A stretch of DNA of 64,000 bases from Vicinamibacterales bacterium (GTDB taxonomy: Bacteria; Acidobacteriota; Vicinamibacteria; Vicinamibacterales; UBA8438), in NCBI GenBank assembly GCA_964291605.2, contig OZ219745.1, positions 5,001,934 to 5,065,933 of the forward strand, in the 5' to 3' direction. The notes below the pieces were generated by a model. It searched no databases. It was given only the letters and a program-made list of their open reading frames with translations, and had not been told where the DNA came from. The stretch's first letter is position 1. Each line of letters begins with the position of its first letter. The translations under genes were made by a program, and so were the position numbers. Shown one piece after another: positions 41,747-54,135 of the stretch.

Positions 41747-44700
41747 CTACGCCGCCTGCTCGGGATGCGGCCGGTTGCGCATGAAGACCGCGGCAGGCAC
41801 GACGAACATGTTCAGCGCCGTCGACGAGAACAGCCCGCAGACGATCACCAGCGCCAGCGGCGCCTGAATCTCGCTGCCCGGCGCGCCGAACCGCAGCGCC
41901 ACCGGCAGCAGCGCCAGCCCCGTCGACAAGGCCGTCATCACGATCGGCACCAACCGATCCACCGAGCCCCGGATGATCGCCTCGTGCACCTCGATATCGG
42001 GCTCCTCCTCGTGCAGGCGCCGAATGCGAGACACCAGCATGATCCCGTTCCGCGTGGCGATGCCGAACAACGCGATGAAACCTATCAACGCCGCCACCGA
42101 CAGCACCCCGCCCCCCAGGAACACCCCCGCCACACCGCCGATCAACGCCAGCGGCAGGTTCAGCATGATGATCGCCGCGTCGCGCGTCGAGTGGAACGCG
42201 CTGTACAGGATCAGGAAGATGCCCGCCACCGCCCCGATGCCCAGACCCAGGAGCAGGCGCTCGGCCTCCTCCTCGGCCTCGAACTGACCGCCGTACTCCA
42301 CGCGGTAGCCGTCCGGCAGGGTCACCCCGGCCGCCACCCGCTCGCGCACGTCGGCCACGACGCTCCCCAGGTCGCGGCCCGCCACATTCGCGGTCACGAT
42401 GATCCGCCGCTGCGCGTTCTCCCGCCCGATGAAGTTCGGACCCCGGTCCTCCACGATATCGGCCAGGCTCCCCAGCGGCACCCGCGCACCCGCCGGCATG
42501 TCCAGCCGTGTCTGCCACATCGATTCCAGATCCGCCAGGTCGCCGGTCGCATAGCGCAGCACCAGCGGCACCGCCAGTTGCCCGTCGATGATCTGCCCCA
42601 CCCGGCGCCCCAGAAGCGCCGTCTCCAGCGTCGACGCCGCCTGCCCCGCCGGCAGACCGTGACGCGCCAGCGCCGCCCGGTCGAAGCCCACCCGCACCGT
42701 CGGGATGTCGGCCTGCGGCTCCAGCGCCGCGTCCACCAGTCCCGGGATGCCCTGCACCGCCGCCAGGCTCTGCGCCCCCAGACCCCGCAGCATGGACAGG
42801 TCGGGCCCGAAGATCTTCACCGCGATGTTCGCCCGCGCCCCCGACAGCATGTGGTCGATACGGTGCGAGATCGGCTGCCCGATCGTGATGTTGGTGCCCG
42901 GCACCAGCGACAGCCGCTCGCGGATCTCCGCCAGCACCGCCGCCTGCGGCCGGCCCCCCGGCGTCAGCCGCACGTCGATCTCCGCCGATTCGACCCCCTG
43001 CACGTGCTCGTCCAGTTCCGCCCGCCCCGTACGCCGCGCCGTCGCCGCCACCTCCGGCACGTCCAGCAGCAGGCGTTCGATGGCGCTCCCCAGCGCGTCC
43101 GACTCCGCCAGGCTCGTCCCCGGCAGCGTCACCGCGCTGATCACCAGCGCCCCCTCGTTGAACGCCGGCAGGAACGCGCGCCCCATCCGCGGCACCGTCG
43201 CCAGCGACACCGCGAACAGCAGGCCCGCGGCGGCCAGCACCAGCTCGGGTTGCCGCAGCACCCCGGGCAGCATGCGCCCATAGCCCCGGCGCAGGGCCGC
43301 CGCCAGCGCCGGCTCGCGACCCTCCCGGATGCCCCGCTCGCCCGGCAGCAGATACGCGCACAGCGCCGGCGTCACCGTCAGCGCCACCACCAGCGACGCC
43401 CCCAGCGCGATCAGGTAGGCGAGACCCAGCGGCTGCAGCAGGCGCCCCTCGACCCCCGCCAGGAAGAACAGCGGCAGGAACACCAGCATCACGATCACGG
43501 TCGCGTAGACGATCGACGCCCGGATCTCCCGGCTGGCCCCGTAGACCACCTCCAGCACCGGCCGCCGCGCCGCCTCCGGCAGCGACGCATTCTCCCGCAA
43601 CCGCTTGACCACGTTCTCCACGTCGACGATCGCGTCGTCCACCAGCGCGCCCACCGCAATCGCCATCCCCCCCAGCGTCATGCTGTTGATCGACAGCCCC
43701 GCCAGCCGCACGCCCACCACCGCGGCCAGCAGCGACAGCGGTATCGCCAGCAGCGTGATGGCCCCAGCCCGCAGGTTCGCCAGAAACACCAGCGTGACCA
43801 GCACCACCAGCAGCGTGCCGTCCCGCAACGCGCCGTTCAGGTTCGCCAGCGCCAGCTCGATGAAGTCCGCCTGCCGGAACAGGCGGGCGTCGAGCTGCAT
43901 CCCCGCCGGCAGCTCCGACTGGATCTCGTCGAGAACGCGGTCCAGATCGGCGGTCAGCGCCAGCGTGTTGACCTCCGGCTGCCGGTGGATGCCGAGAATC
44001 ACCGCCGGCTGCCCGTTGCGCGAGCCCTCGCCCCGCTTGAGGGACTCCCCTATCCGTACCTCGGCCACGTCCCGCACCCGGATGGGACGCATGTCGCGGG
44101 TGGTGACGACCGTGGCCCCGATGCCCTCGACGTCGTGTGCGCGGCCCGCCCCCTGGATCAGGTACTCCTGACCGCCAGCGCGGCGGAACCCCGCCGACGT
44201 GTTGCGACTCGCGCGGCGCATCGCGTCCTCGACTGCGCTCAGGGGGAGCACGTAGTCCGCCAGCCGCTCCGGATCGACCAGCACCTCGAACTGCCGGCGC
44301 TCCCCGCCGATGACCGTCACCTGCGCGACGCCCGGCGTCGCCAGCACCCGCCGGCGGACCACCGTTTCCGCCGTCGTGCGCACCTCCAGCGGCGTGTGCG
44401 CGTCGGACTGCAGGGCGACGAACATGATCTCGCCCATGATCGACGACATCGGCGCCATCACCGGTGGGTCGACATCGTCCGGCAGCGTCCCGGTCACCGT
44501 GGTCAGTCTCTCGCTCACGGTCTGCCGCGCGCGGAGCACGTCGGCCCCCCAGTCGAAGTCGACCCAGACCACCGCGATGCCGACCGCCGTCGACGAGCGC
44601 ACCCGCCGCACACCCGACGCGCCGTTCAGGGCCGCCTCGAGGGGAAAGGTGACCAGCGCCTCCATATCGGTCGGCGCCATCCCGTGCCCTTCGACCAGCA

Positions 44701-44848
44701 CCGTCACCGTCGGCGCGGTCAGGTCCGGCAGCACGTCGACCGGCATCCGAACCGCCACCCACGCGCCCCAGACGAGGAACGCCGCCGCGGCGGCAACGAC
44801 CATCAGGCGGTTCCGCAAAGACCAGCGGATCAGCGCGTCGAGCAGCAT
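41747..44848 (-). CDS. CusA/CzcA-family heavy-metal efflux RND permease (no adjacent MFP or OMF genes)
   Basis: IRWSLRNRLMVV...MPVDVLPDLTAPTVTVLVEGHGMAPTDMEALVTFPLEAALNGASGVRRVRS is the family N-terminus. 1033 aa. ATG at 44848. Confidence 0.85.
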   Translation of the reverse strand: MLLDALIRWSLRNRLMVVAAAAAFLVWGAWVAVRMPVDVLPDLTAPTVTVLVEGHGMAPTDMEALVTFPLEAALNGASGVRRVRSSTAVGIAVVWVDFDWGADVLRARQTVSERLTTVTGTLPDDVDPPVMAPMSSIMGEIMFVALQSDAHTPLEVRTTAETVVRRRVLATPGVAQVTVIGGERRQFEVLVDPERLADYVLPLSAVEDAMRRASRNTSAGFRRAGGQEYLIQGAGRAHDVEGIGATVVTTRDMRPIRVRDVAEVRIGESLKRGEGSRNGQPAVILGIHRQPEVNTLALTADLDRVLDEIQSELPAGMQLDARLFRQADFIELALANLNGALRDGTLLVVLVTLVFLANLRAGAITLLAIPLSLLAAVVGVRLAGLSINSMTLGGMAIAVGALVDDAIVDVENVVKRLRENASLPEAARRPVLEVVYGASREIRASIVYATVIVMLVFLPLFFLAGVEGRLLQPLGLAYLIALGASLVVALTVTPALCAYLLPGERGIREGREPALAAALRRGYGRMLPGVLRQPELVLAAAGLLFAVSLATVPRMGRAFLPAFNEGALVISAVTLPGTSLAESDALGSAIERLLLDVPEVAATARRTGRAELDEHVQGVESAEIDVRLTPGGRPQAAVLAEIRERLSLVPGTNITIGQPISHRIDHMLSGARANIAVKIFGPDLSMLRGLGAQSLAAVQGIPGLVDAALEPQADIPTVRVGFDRAALARHGLPAGQAASTLETALLGRRVGQIIDGQLAVPLVLRYATGDLADLESMWQTRLDMPAGARVPLGSLADIVEDRGPNFIGRENAQRRIIVTANVAGRDLGSVVADVRERVAAGVTLPDGYRVEYGGQFEAEEEAERLLLGLGIGAVAGIFLILYSAFHSTRDAAIIMLNLPLALIGGVAGVFLGGGVLSVAALIGFIALFGIATRNGIMLVSRIRRLHEEEPDIEVHEAIIRGSVDRLVPIVMTALSTGLALLPVALRFGAPGSEIQAPLALVIVCGLFSSTALNMFVVPAAVFMRNRPHPEQAA

Positions 44849-44940
44849 GGTTCCGTGCCTGGACTCGCTACGCATCGAGTCTAGTGACGGGCGGGAGCCA
44901 CGCTGCCTTAAGATTCCCTTAATATTGGCTGAAGATTCCC

Positions 44941-45155
44941 TCAACGAAGCCGAGTATCGGCAGCGCCTACCGGAGCGCGTGCAACCTCCAGTTCCAATCC
45001 CTCGCGTTCCTGCAGGCAACCGATGATCGTGAACAGGTGGCGCGCCCGTGGCTTCCCATCCGGTCCCAGCATCCGCATGAGGCTCTTCGGCGACTTCGCG
45101 GTCAGTCCTCCGAGTTCCTGAAATCCGATGGTGGCGTTGACATGGTCGCGCAGAC
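44941..45155 (-). pseudogene. 5'-truncated HTH antitoxin-like gene (HigA/addiction-module antidote type)
   Basis: [57 protein letters not shown] matches my recollection of the ..YINATIGF..L...PKSLMRM.GP.GNP.. family. The N-terminal ~40 aa are absent. Confidence 0.45.
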
Positions 45156-45336
45156 GGGCTGCTGCCCCGCGCGTCCATGTTGCCGACATCGCGGACGTGC
45201 CGGCGCATTTGACGCCGGGGTCCGGAACCGTAGTACGCTTACGGCTCATGCACTGGACGGGCATGAGGCCGTCGCAGATGGCCCGTCTGCAGCCGGATGA
45301 CTTCCGCCTCGACGAGCCCACGCCGTTCCCAAGGAC
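45128..45336 (+). pseudogene. Possible internal fragment of a tyrosine recombinase/integrase gene abutting the tRNA
   Basis: [27 protein letters not shown] resembles the L.L.TG.R.SE...L.W.D.D box. The reading frame runs straight into the tRNA-Arg 5' end. Confidence 0.3.
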
Positions 45337-45413
<77 letters not shown>

Positions 45414-45450
45414 ACTCTTCAGGCCCTTTTCCTCGTTCCGGCCGGAGAGC

Positions 45451-45590
45451 ATGGCGGAAGGCGAGCATCACGATTCGCAACCCTCGACGACGACGTCAAG
45501 ACCCGACTGCGCGTGCGGGCGGCGGACAACGGCCGCTCCATGGAAGAGGAAACGCGCCTGATCGAGGCGCTGGCGGACGCGGGCATCGAA
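45451..45590 (+). pseudogene. Frameshifted ribbon-helix-helix (FitA/VapB-like) antitoxin remnant
   Basis: SITIRN in one frame and [27 protein letters not shown] in the next frame. An extra C in aaccctcgac breaks the typical SITIRNLDDDVK. No PIN toxin gene follows. Confidence 0.5.
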
Positions 45591-45638
45591 GCCCGCCACT
45601 GGAGCGAGGTCGGTGACGGCGCGGCTTCCGACGAGAGG

Positions 45639-47861
45639 CTACGGCGCCGACACCCGGTCCGGGAGGGCGAAGACGTAGAGCCCGTTCCCGGACGGGGGCT
45701 GGTAGATGTCCGGGCTGAGCACCCCGCTCAGGCCGCGGAAGATGCCGACGCCGGTCGGGACCGCGACGTACTGCTTGCCGCCCGCGGCGTACGAGATCGG
45801 GAACCCGTGGCCGGACTGGCCGAGGCGCGTCTCCCAGAGGACTTGGCCTGTGCCGACGTCGAGCGCCCGAAAGTAGCGGTCGACGTCTCCGACGAAAGCC
45901 AGCCCGGTGGCCGTCGTCAGGACCGACGTCAGGAAGATGGCGCGCTGCTCGCGGCTCCAAACCTCCTCCATCGTGCGCACGTCGTACGCGGAGAGGCGTC
46001 CGAGCATGCCGTTCGTGCCCGGCATCTCGTGGAGCTCGATGGCGGAGACCCCGAGCCCCCCGCCCCCCTCCACCAGCTCGACGTGACGGCCGGTCAGCGT
46101 CATGCACGCCTGGTGCAGCGGATAGATGATCAACTTCGCCTCGGGGCTGTAGCCCGACGCCTGCCAGTTGTGGCCGCCGTAGAGGCTGGGGCAGGCATCG
46201 ACCGCGTCGTCGATGCCGGCGTCGCGAATGTCCTGCCGGTAGCTCACGCGCCCCGTCTCCATGTCGATCGACTCGAAGATGTCCTGGTGCAGCATCTCGG
46301 CCAGGTCGACGAAGGCCCCCGTGCGCCGGTCGAGCTTCCAGAGGATGGCGTCCTTGCCGGCCGTGAACAGCCACTTGTGATCGTCGACGTCGACCAGCAC
46401 CCGCTCGAAGACGATGTCCAGGTCGAGCGTCTCGCCCGGCACGTGCTGGAAGTACCAGGCGACCTGCCCCGTGCGCGGGTTCAGGGCCAGCGTCGAGTTG
46501 GTGTAGAGGGCGTCGTTGTAGGTCGACATCCCGCGGCTCGCCGCCACCCACGGCTTCGCCTGCGCGGTGCCGATGAAGAAGAGATCGAGGTCCGGATCGT
46601 AGGCGCCCGGAATCCAGGTATCGCCGCCGCCGCGCAGGTGCGGCGGGATGTCGCCCCAGGTCCCGCTGTTGACGTCGCCCGGCTGGGCGATGGTCGAGGT
46701 GCGCCAGAGCTCCTCGCCGGTGTCCGGGTCGTGGCCGGTGATGAAGCAGCCTTCGTCCTCGAAGCGCTCGCAGCCGTTGATGCCGCTGACGACGACGCCG
46801 TTCGCGATGCTCGGCCCGCCCGTCTGGGCGAAGCCCTTCCGGTAGTCGGCCCGCGTGGTCCGCCAGACCGGCTCGCCCGTCCGCGCGTCGAGGGCGACGA
46901 GTGCCGCGTCGTAGGTGGCCAGGTAGACCTTGTCCCGGTAGAGGGCGATGCTGCGGGTCGCCCGCCGGCTCTCCGCGTCCTCGGGATACTGGTGCCGGTG
47001 CTCCCAGAGCAGCTCGCCGGTGGCCGCGTCGAGGGCCTGCACGACGTTGCCGGGGCTCGCCAGGAACATCACGCCGTCGTGGACGAGCGGCGCGGTCTGG
47101 TTGGTGCCCTCGGGCATCGCCAGCGCCCAGGCCAGGCGCAGGCCGGCCACGTTGTCGGGCCCGATCTGGTCCAGCGGCGTGTAGCCCTGGTTGTCTCGCG
47201 TGCGCCGCCAGGTAAGCCAGTCCTCCGCCGGCGGATTCCGGAGCAGCTCGTCGGTGACCGGGGTGAAGCCGGAGACCTCGCGGTTGACGAACGCGCGCAG
47301 CGCCGGCACGGCGTCCACGTCGCGGGGCTCATCCGCCAACGCCGCGTCGGACGCATCCGCCGTGGCGGGGGCGCCCCTTGCCGGAGCGGCGCCGGGCTCG
47401 CCGACGATGTGTACGGCGTCCGCGGTGAGGGCCCGCGGTCCCGCCGCATGGCCGTTCACCTGCAGCAGGTAGGCGACGATGCTCAGGTAGGTGCCGCTCG
47501 GGAGCGATCCGCCGAGCCCCGGCGGCATCTCGGCCCGCACGTACTCGTACAGCGCCGCCGCGGTCTGCGATCCCCAGTTGCTCAGAAAGCTCGGACCGGT
47601 CAGATCCGGCCCGTGCACCGCACCCCGCAGCGTCGTTCCGTGGCAGGACGCGCAGGCGCGGCCGTAGGCCGTCCGCCCGCTTGCGGCCTGCGCGTCGAGG
47701 AACGCGCCGCCCTCGGCGGACTGCGCCCCGGCCGGTGCGGCGATGCCGAGGGCCAGCCCGACGGCGGCCAGGCTCGTGACGCCGGCAAGTGGTCGTGTCC
47801 TCCGCGACGCCCGACCGTCCCCGCATTCGCCACCCTGTCCCGCGCGTGTCTGTCTCGGCAT
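45639..47861 (-). CDS. PQQ-dependent dehydrogenase-type beta-propeller with an N-terminal c-type cytochrome domain
   Basis: CASCHG haem motif at about aa 70 in a mono-haem domain (..YEYVRAEMP..). It is followed by [12 protein letters not shown]...YTPLDQI and propeller blades ([25 protein letters not shown]). Confidence 0.75.
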   Translation of the reverse strand: MPRQTRAGQGGECGDGRASRRTRPLAGVTSLAAVGLALGIAAPAGAQSAEGGAFLDAQAASGRTAYGRACASCHGTTLRGAVHGPDLTGPSFLSNWGSQTAAALYEYVRAEMPPGLGGSLPSGTYLSIVAYLLQVNGHAAGPRALTADAVHIVGEPGAAPARGAPATADASDAALADEPRDVDAVPALRAFVNREVSGFTPVTDELLRNPPAEDWLTWRRTRDNQGYTPLDQIGPDNVAGLRLAWALAMPEGTNQTAPLVHDGVMFLASPGNVVQALDAATGELLWEHRHQYPEDAESRRATRSIALYRDKVYLATYDAALVALDARTGEPVWRTTRADYRKGFAQTGGPSIANGVVVSGINGCERFEDEGCFITGHDPDTGEELWRTSTIAQPGDVNSGTWGDIPPHLRGGGDTWIPGAYDPDLDLFFIGTAQAKPWVAASRGMSTYNDALYTNSTLALNPRTGQVAWYFQHVPGETLDLDIVFERVLVDVDDHKWLFTAGKDAILWKLDRRTGAFVDLAEMLHQDIFESIDMETGRVSYRQDIRDAGIDDAVDACPSLYGGHNWQASGYSPEAKLIIYPLHQACMTLTGRHVELVEGGGGLGVSAIELHEMPGTNGMLGRLSAYDVRTMEEVWSREQRAIFLTSVLTTATGLAFVGDVDRYFRALDVGTGQVLWETRLGQSGHGFPISYAAGGKQYVAVPTGVGIFRGLSGVLSPDIYQPPSGNGLYVFALPDRVSAP

Positions 47862-48041
47862 CGGCGCGCCTCCCTTCGGACAACCTCGCCGGGCCGCCCG
47901 TATGGTCCGCGATTATAGGTCGCGGGGCCGGGCTCTCGATGCCGACTCCGTACCACACCGACCATTGCGCCGCACGCGGATGACGGAACGCTATACTCTT
48001 GGACGCAACGAGTGAAACACTCGCACGTGGAGGAAGAAGCC

Positions 48042-48341
48042 ATGACGTGGCAAAGAGCGGGTCTCGCCGCCGCCATCGCATTCGGGTTGACGCTGGTGGA
48101 GATGTGGCCGCACACCGCCACCGTGGTCATCGCCTGCAGCGCCTGCTACGTACTCTCGAAGAACCTGGCCGGCCAGGCCGTACTGGCGAACGGCACGCCC
48201 ATCTCCATGCAGACCGGCGTCCCCCTCGCTGCCGTCCTGCTGGGATTGACGCTCGTGGACCTGTGGCCCCACGCGGTCACGCTGGGGATCGGCGTCGTGG
48301 TCCTCTGGGCAATCTGCGCGCGCCTGGATTCGTCGGCCTGA
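48042..48341 (+). CDS. Small membrane protein with an internal two-fold repeat
   Basis: AIAFGLTLVEMWPHTATVVIA and AVLLGLTLVDLWPHAVTLGIG are duplicated helices. Third-position GC is high. The ORF may start at 48012. Confidence 0.4.
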   Translation: MTWQRAGLAAAIAFGLTLVEMWPHTATVVIACSACYVLSKNLAGQAVLANGTPISMQTGVPLAAVLLGLTLVDLWPHAVTLGIGVVVLWAICARLDSSA

Positions 48342-48430
48342 CCCGACAGGAGGCTGCGCCGTAGAACGGTGCAGCCTCCTGCCAGACTCGAGTCGGGCGG
48401 CATCGGGGCCGCGGGCGACGATTAGTCGGG
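48341..48430 (-). repeat. Stop-codon-abutting ~90-nt element, copy B (hairpin 48347..48381)
   Basis: It starts right after the TAG of 48431..48889. The hairpin caggaGgctgc-gccgtagaacggt-gcagCctcctg differs from copy A by a compensatory pair. Confidence 0.75.
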
Positions 48431-48889
48431 CTACTCCGGAGCGGCCTCCTGCTGCTGCAGGCACTGGCTGACGATCTGGTCGCTCCCGAACACGTTGAAC
48501 TCCAGTTCCCGGTCGGCCGCGCGCACGGTCAGGAGGTTGGCGTTGCGCAACATCCGGAACATGAAATCGCGCCCGGGACCGCTGGCGATGGCAAGGAAAT
48601 ACCCCCCGGACTGCCAGCGGACCGCAATATTGCGCTGCCCGCCGGGAACGCCGCGCATCGTGACCCCGCGGACCGAATTGACCGGCTGGGCGAACTGCAG
48701 GGCCGCCCCCGTGCCCCGGGTCAGACACTGCAGGAAGATCGCGTCGCCCCCTCCGGTGAAGAGCCGAAACTCCTTCCCACCCTCGACATCCGTCTCCACC
48801 CACAGCGCCTGTCCGGCGGCGGGAACCGCGCCGAGCGTGGCCAGCACGCCCAGCAGCGCCAGAGCCGTAACCGTGTGCTTTGTCGTCAT
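48431..48889 (-). CDS. Secreted protein of unknown function, paralog 1 of 3
   Basis: Signal peptide ...LATLGAVPAAGQ. Shared blocks EGGKEF.LF, AI.L.C, RG.PG...N, GRDF, F.VFGS..IV.QC. The ATG overlaps the stop of paralog 2 (ATGA). Confidence 0.7.
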   Translation of the reverse strand: MTTKHTVTALALLGVLATLGAVPAAGQALWVETDVEGGKEFRLFTGGGDAIFLQCLTRGTGAALQFAQPVNSVRGVTMRGVPGGQRNIAVRWQSGGYFLAIASGPGRDFMFRMLRNANLLTVRAADRELEFNVFGSDQIVSQCLQQQEAAPE

Positions 48890-49401
48890 TGCGGATCGTT
48901 GCTCCCCCACGTGATGAGCGCCGGCTGTTCCTGGGAGCGGCTCATGCCCGCAGCCCGGTCCTCCATCTGCTCCATGCACTGCTCGACAATCGTGGCGCTG
49001 CCGAACACCGCGAACGTCGACGCCCGGCCGGAGGCCCGCACGTAGAGGCTCGAGGCGGTACGCAGCATCGCCATCGTAAAGTCGAGACCCCGGCCGCCCG
49101 CGACCTGCACGGTGTGGTTGCTGACGGGGTCGACGACGACGTTCTGCCGCGCGCCGGGAATGCCGCGCACCACCGCTCGATCCGTGGGATCGACCGGCTC
49201 GGCGAACGCGAAGCCGGCGCCCATCCCCTGGAGGCGACACGCGAGAATGATTGCGGCGCCGTCGTCGTTGAAGAGCAGGAACTCCTTGCCCCCGCCCTCG
49301 AGGTTGCGCGACTGCCACCGGTCCTGTTGTCCGGCGGCAGGAACCGCGCCGGCCGTCGCGAGAACGCCGAGCACCGCCAGCGCCGATATGGCTGGCCTCA
49401 T
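48886..49401 (-). CDS. Secreted protein of unknown function, paralog 2 of 3
   Basis: Signal peptide ...LATAGAVPAAGQ and the same conserved blocks, including two Cys. It has a longer C-terminal tail. Confidence 0.7.
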   Translation of the reverse strand: MRPAISALAVLGVLATAGAVPAAGQQDRWQSRNLEGGGKEFLLFNDDGAAIILACRLQGMGAGFAFAEPVDPTDRAVVRGIPGARQNVVVDPVSNHTVQVAGGRGLDFTMAMLRTASSLYVRASGRASTFAVFGSATIVEQCMEQMEDRAAGMSRSQEQPALITWGSNDPQ

Positions 49402-49411
49402 GGTCCGCTCC

Positions 49412-49882
49412 TCAGAATTGCCGCCGCGGGTCCCCGATCAGCGACTCCTGCAGCTCGATGCACTCCCGGACGGTCGATTCGCTCCCGAAGACCTCGAACG
49501 CGAGGTTCTGTCCGGCCGCGCGCACCGAGAGCCGGGTGGCCGATTGCAGCAGATCCAGCATGAAGTCGCGCCCGCGGGCGCCAACGACCTGCAGCAACTG
49601 CGCGGCGACCTGCGTCACCTGGACGTTCTCCTGCCCCCCGGGCGTCCCCCGTATGGTGGCCCGATCCGCCGACTCGATCGGCTCGGGAAACTGGAACGCG
49701 ACGGCCTGCCCGTTGACCAGGCACAGCATCACGATCGCGGACCCGTCCTCGTTGTTGAGCTGGAACTGCTTGCCGCCGCCCTGGACGTCCATCGAGGCCC
49801 ATTGCGCCTGCCCGGCGGCCGGCGACGCGCCGAACGCCAGGAGCAGGCCGAGCACGGCGGTCGCGGCTGCTGTCGTCTTCAT
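49412..49882 (-). CDS. Secreted protein of unknown function, paralog 3 of 3
   Basis: Signal peptide ...LLAFGASPAAGQ and the same blocks (GGGKQFQL, AIVMLC, RGTPGGQEN, GRDF, FEVFGSESTVREC). GAGGGGG lies upstream of the ATG. Confidence 0.7.
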   Translation of the reverse strand: MKTTAAATAVLGLLLAFGASPAAGQAQWASMDVQGGGKQFQLNNEDGSAIVMLCLVNGQAVAFQFPEPIESADRATIRGTPGGQENVQVTQVAAQLLQVVGARGRDFMLDLLQSATRLSVRAAGQNLAFEVFGSESTVRECIELQESLIGDPRRQF

Positions 49883-49983
49883 TCGTTACCCCCTCGGGTC
49901 AGGCTGCCCGGACCCCTCCTCCGACTCTACCGGAAACCGGCTCCCGTGGCGACAGGTTTCCGTCAAGGCGAATCCGGCGCCCA

Positions 49984-52661
<2,678 letters not shown>

Positions 52662-52878
52662 TGTCCGAGTCTACGCTTGTATTCTGGACTTCGTCAAGTA
52701 TTGGGTTGCATCGACAATAACCGCACGACCGTCGCTTCCAGCCGGTGTAGACCCGACCGTGGCCGGTGCCGGCGCAAACCGCCCTAGCGAGATGCGACGT
52801 GGTGAAGACAGGCATTGGCGTATACTGCGGCTGCGGCAGCCGAGCTGCGGGAAACCTCGGGCTGCGAAGGAGAGACCC

Positions 52879-54135
52879 ATGAGTGCGAAGCGACCTGATC
52901 GAAGGGAATTTCTGCGAGGCGGCGCCGCGTTGGCCGGTGGCCTGACCGTGGGAGCGGTCGAGCCGGCGCTCGGCCAGGCACCGGAACCACAGAGGTTCAT
53001 CCGGGGCGACGCGGACATGAACATGATCGCCTACGGTGAGCGCTCCCGTTTCGTGACCTCGGTCCGCATACCGCACCCGCCGGGCGGCAGGCACTCGCCC
53101 GATGCGTTCGGACTCGTGTTTCACGTGGCGGCGCCGCTCCAGGATTCGGTGGGCGTGATCACGCCGTCCTCGCTCCACTTCGTGGGGACCACCCGCGGCT
53201 CCCTCATGCCGGACATCGATCCCGCGGAGCATCGCCTGATGATCCACGGCATGGTGGACCGTCCGCTGATCTTCACCATGGAGGAACTGATGCGGCTCCC
53301 GTCGGTGACCCGCCTGCACTTCATCGAGTGCGCCGGGAACCGGGCGAGAAGCACGCACAAGACCGTGCAGGAATCGCACGGGATGACCAGTTGCGCCGAA
53401 TGGACCGGGGTGCTCCTGTCCACGCTGCTCGAGGAAGCCGGCGTGAAGGACGGGGCGTCCTGGGTCGTCGCCGAAGGAACGGAGAACGTGAAGGGCGCGT
53501 CGAGCTTTCCGCTGGCCAAGGCCATGGACGACTGCATCGTCGCCTACGGCATGAACGGCGAAGCGGTGCGTCCGCAGAACGGATACCCGCTGCGGCTGCT
53601 GATTCCCGGCTTCGAAGGCATCTTCAACACGAAGTACCTCCGGCGCATCAAGGTGGTGGACCGCTACTACATGAACTACAACGACTACGGGCATCTGCGC
53701 CGCGACCCGGTGCGCGCCGCGCTGGGCTACCAGATCGGACCCAAGTCGGTCATCACGCGTCCTTCCGGGGGGCAGCAGCTGCCCGGCCCCGGATTCTACG
53801 AGGTCTCCGGCCTCGCCTGGTCCGGCGGAGGCGCCATCAGCCGGGTGGAGGTGTCCACCGACGCCGGCCGGAGCTGGAACGAGGCCGAGATCCAGGGGAC
53901 GGCGCACCGCATGGCGCACACCCGGTTCCGCCTCAACTGGAACTGGGACGGACAGGAGACCGCGCTCATGTCGCGCTGCACGGACGAAGTGGGCCAGGTG
54001 CAACCGTCGCCGTCCCAGGTCGCCGAGCACTTCGAGGGGGCCCCGGATCCGACCTACAGCGTGCCGGGCCTCGACAACACGATCCAGCCGTGGCGGGTCG
54101 CCGGCGATGGGAGCGTTCACAATGGGCGCGCCTAG
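52879..54135 (+). CDS. Sulfite-oxidase-family molybdoenzyme (SoxC/SorA-like sulfite dehydrogenase), Tat signal
   Basis: RREFLRGGAALAGG. FIECAGN...MNGE.V.P.NGYPLRLLIPG.EG motifs. ATG at 52879 after GAAGGAGAG. Confidence 0.8.
   Translation: MSAKRPDRREFLRGGAALAGGLTVGAVEPALGQAPEPQRFIRGDADMNMIAYGERSRFVTSVRIPHPPGGRHSPDAFGLVFHVAAPLQDSVGVITPSSLHFVGTTRGSLMPDIDPAEHRLMIHGMVDRPLIFTMEELMRLPSVTRLHFIECAGNRARSTHKTVQESHGMTSCAEWTGVLLSTLLEEAGVKDGASWVVAEGTENVKGASSFPLAKAMDDCIVAYGMNGEAVRPQNGYPLRLLIPGFEGIFNTKYLRRIKVVDRYYMNYNDYGHLRRDPVRAALGYQIGPKSVITRPSGGQQLPGPGFYEVSGLAWSGGGAISRVEVSTDAGRSWNEAEIQGTAHRMAHTRFRLNWNWDGQETALMSRCTDEVGQVQPSPSQVAEHFEGAPDPTYSVPGLDNTIQPWRVAGDGSVHNGRA

Noticed and set aside
41667-44884. Two >1000-aa ORFs (41667..44762 minus, 41765..44884 plus) overlapping the RND permease gene
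   Set aside because: These are alternative-frame or antisense artefacts. Only the frame ending at 41747 shows CusA/CzcA family motifs.
52662-52878. Fur/PerR operator in the AT-richer furA-soxC intergenic region (ACTT-N4-AAGT, CTTG...CAAG)
   Set aside because: Only short, imperfect palindromes are present. They are too weak to call a binding site without a lineage-specific motif.
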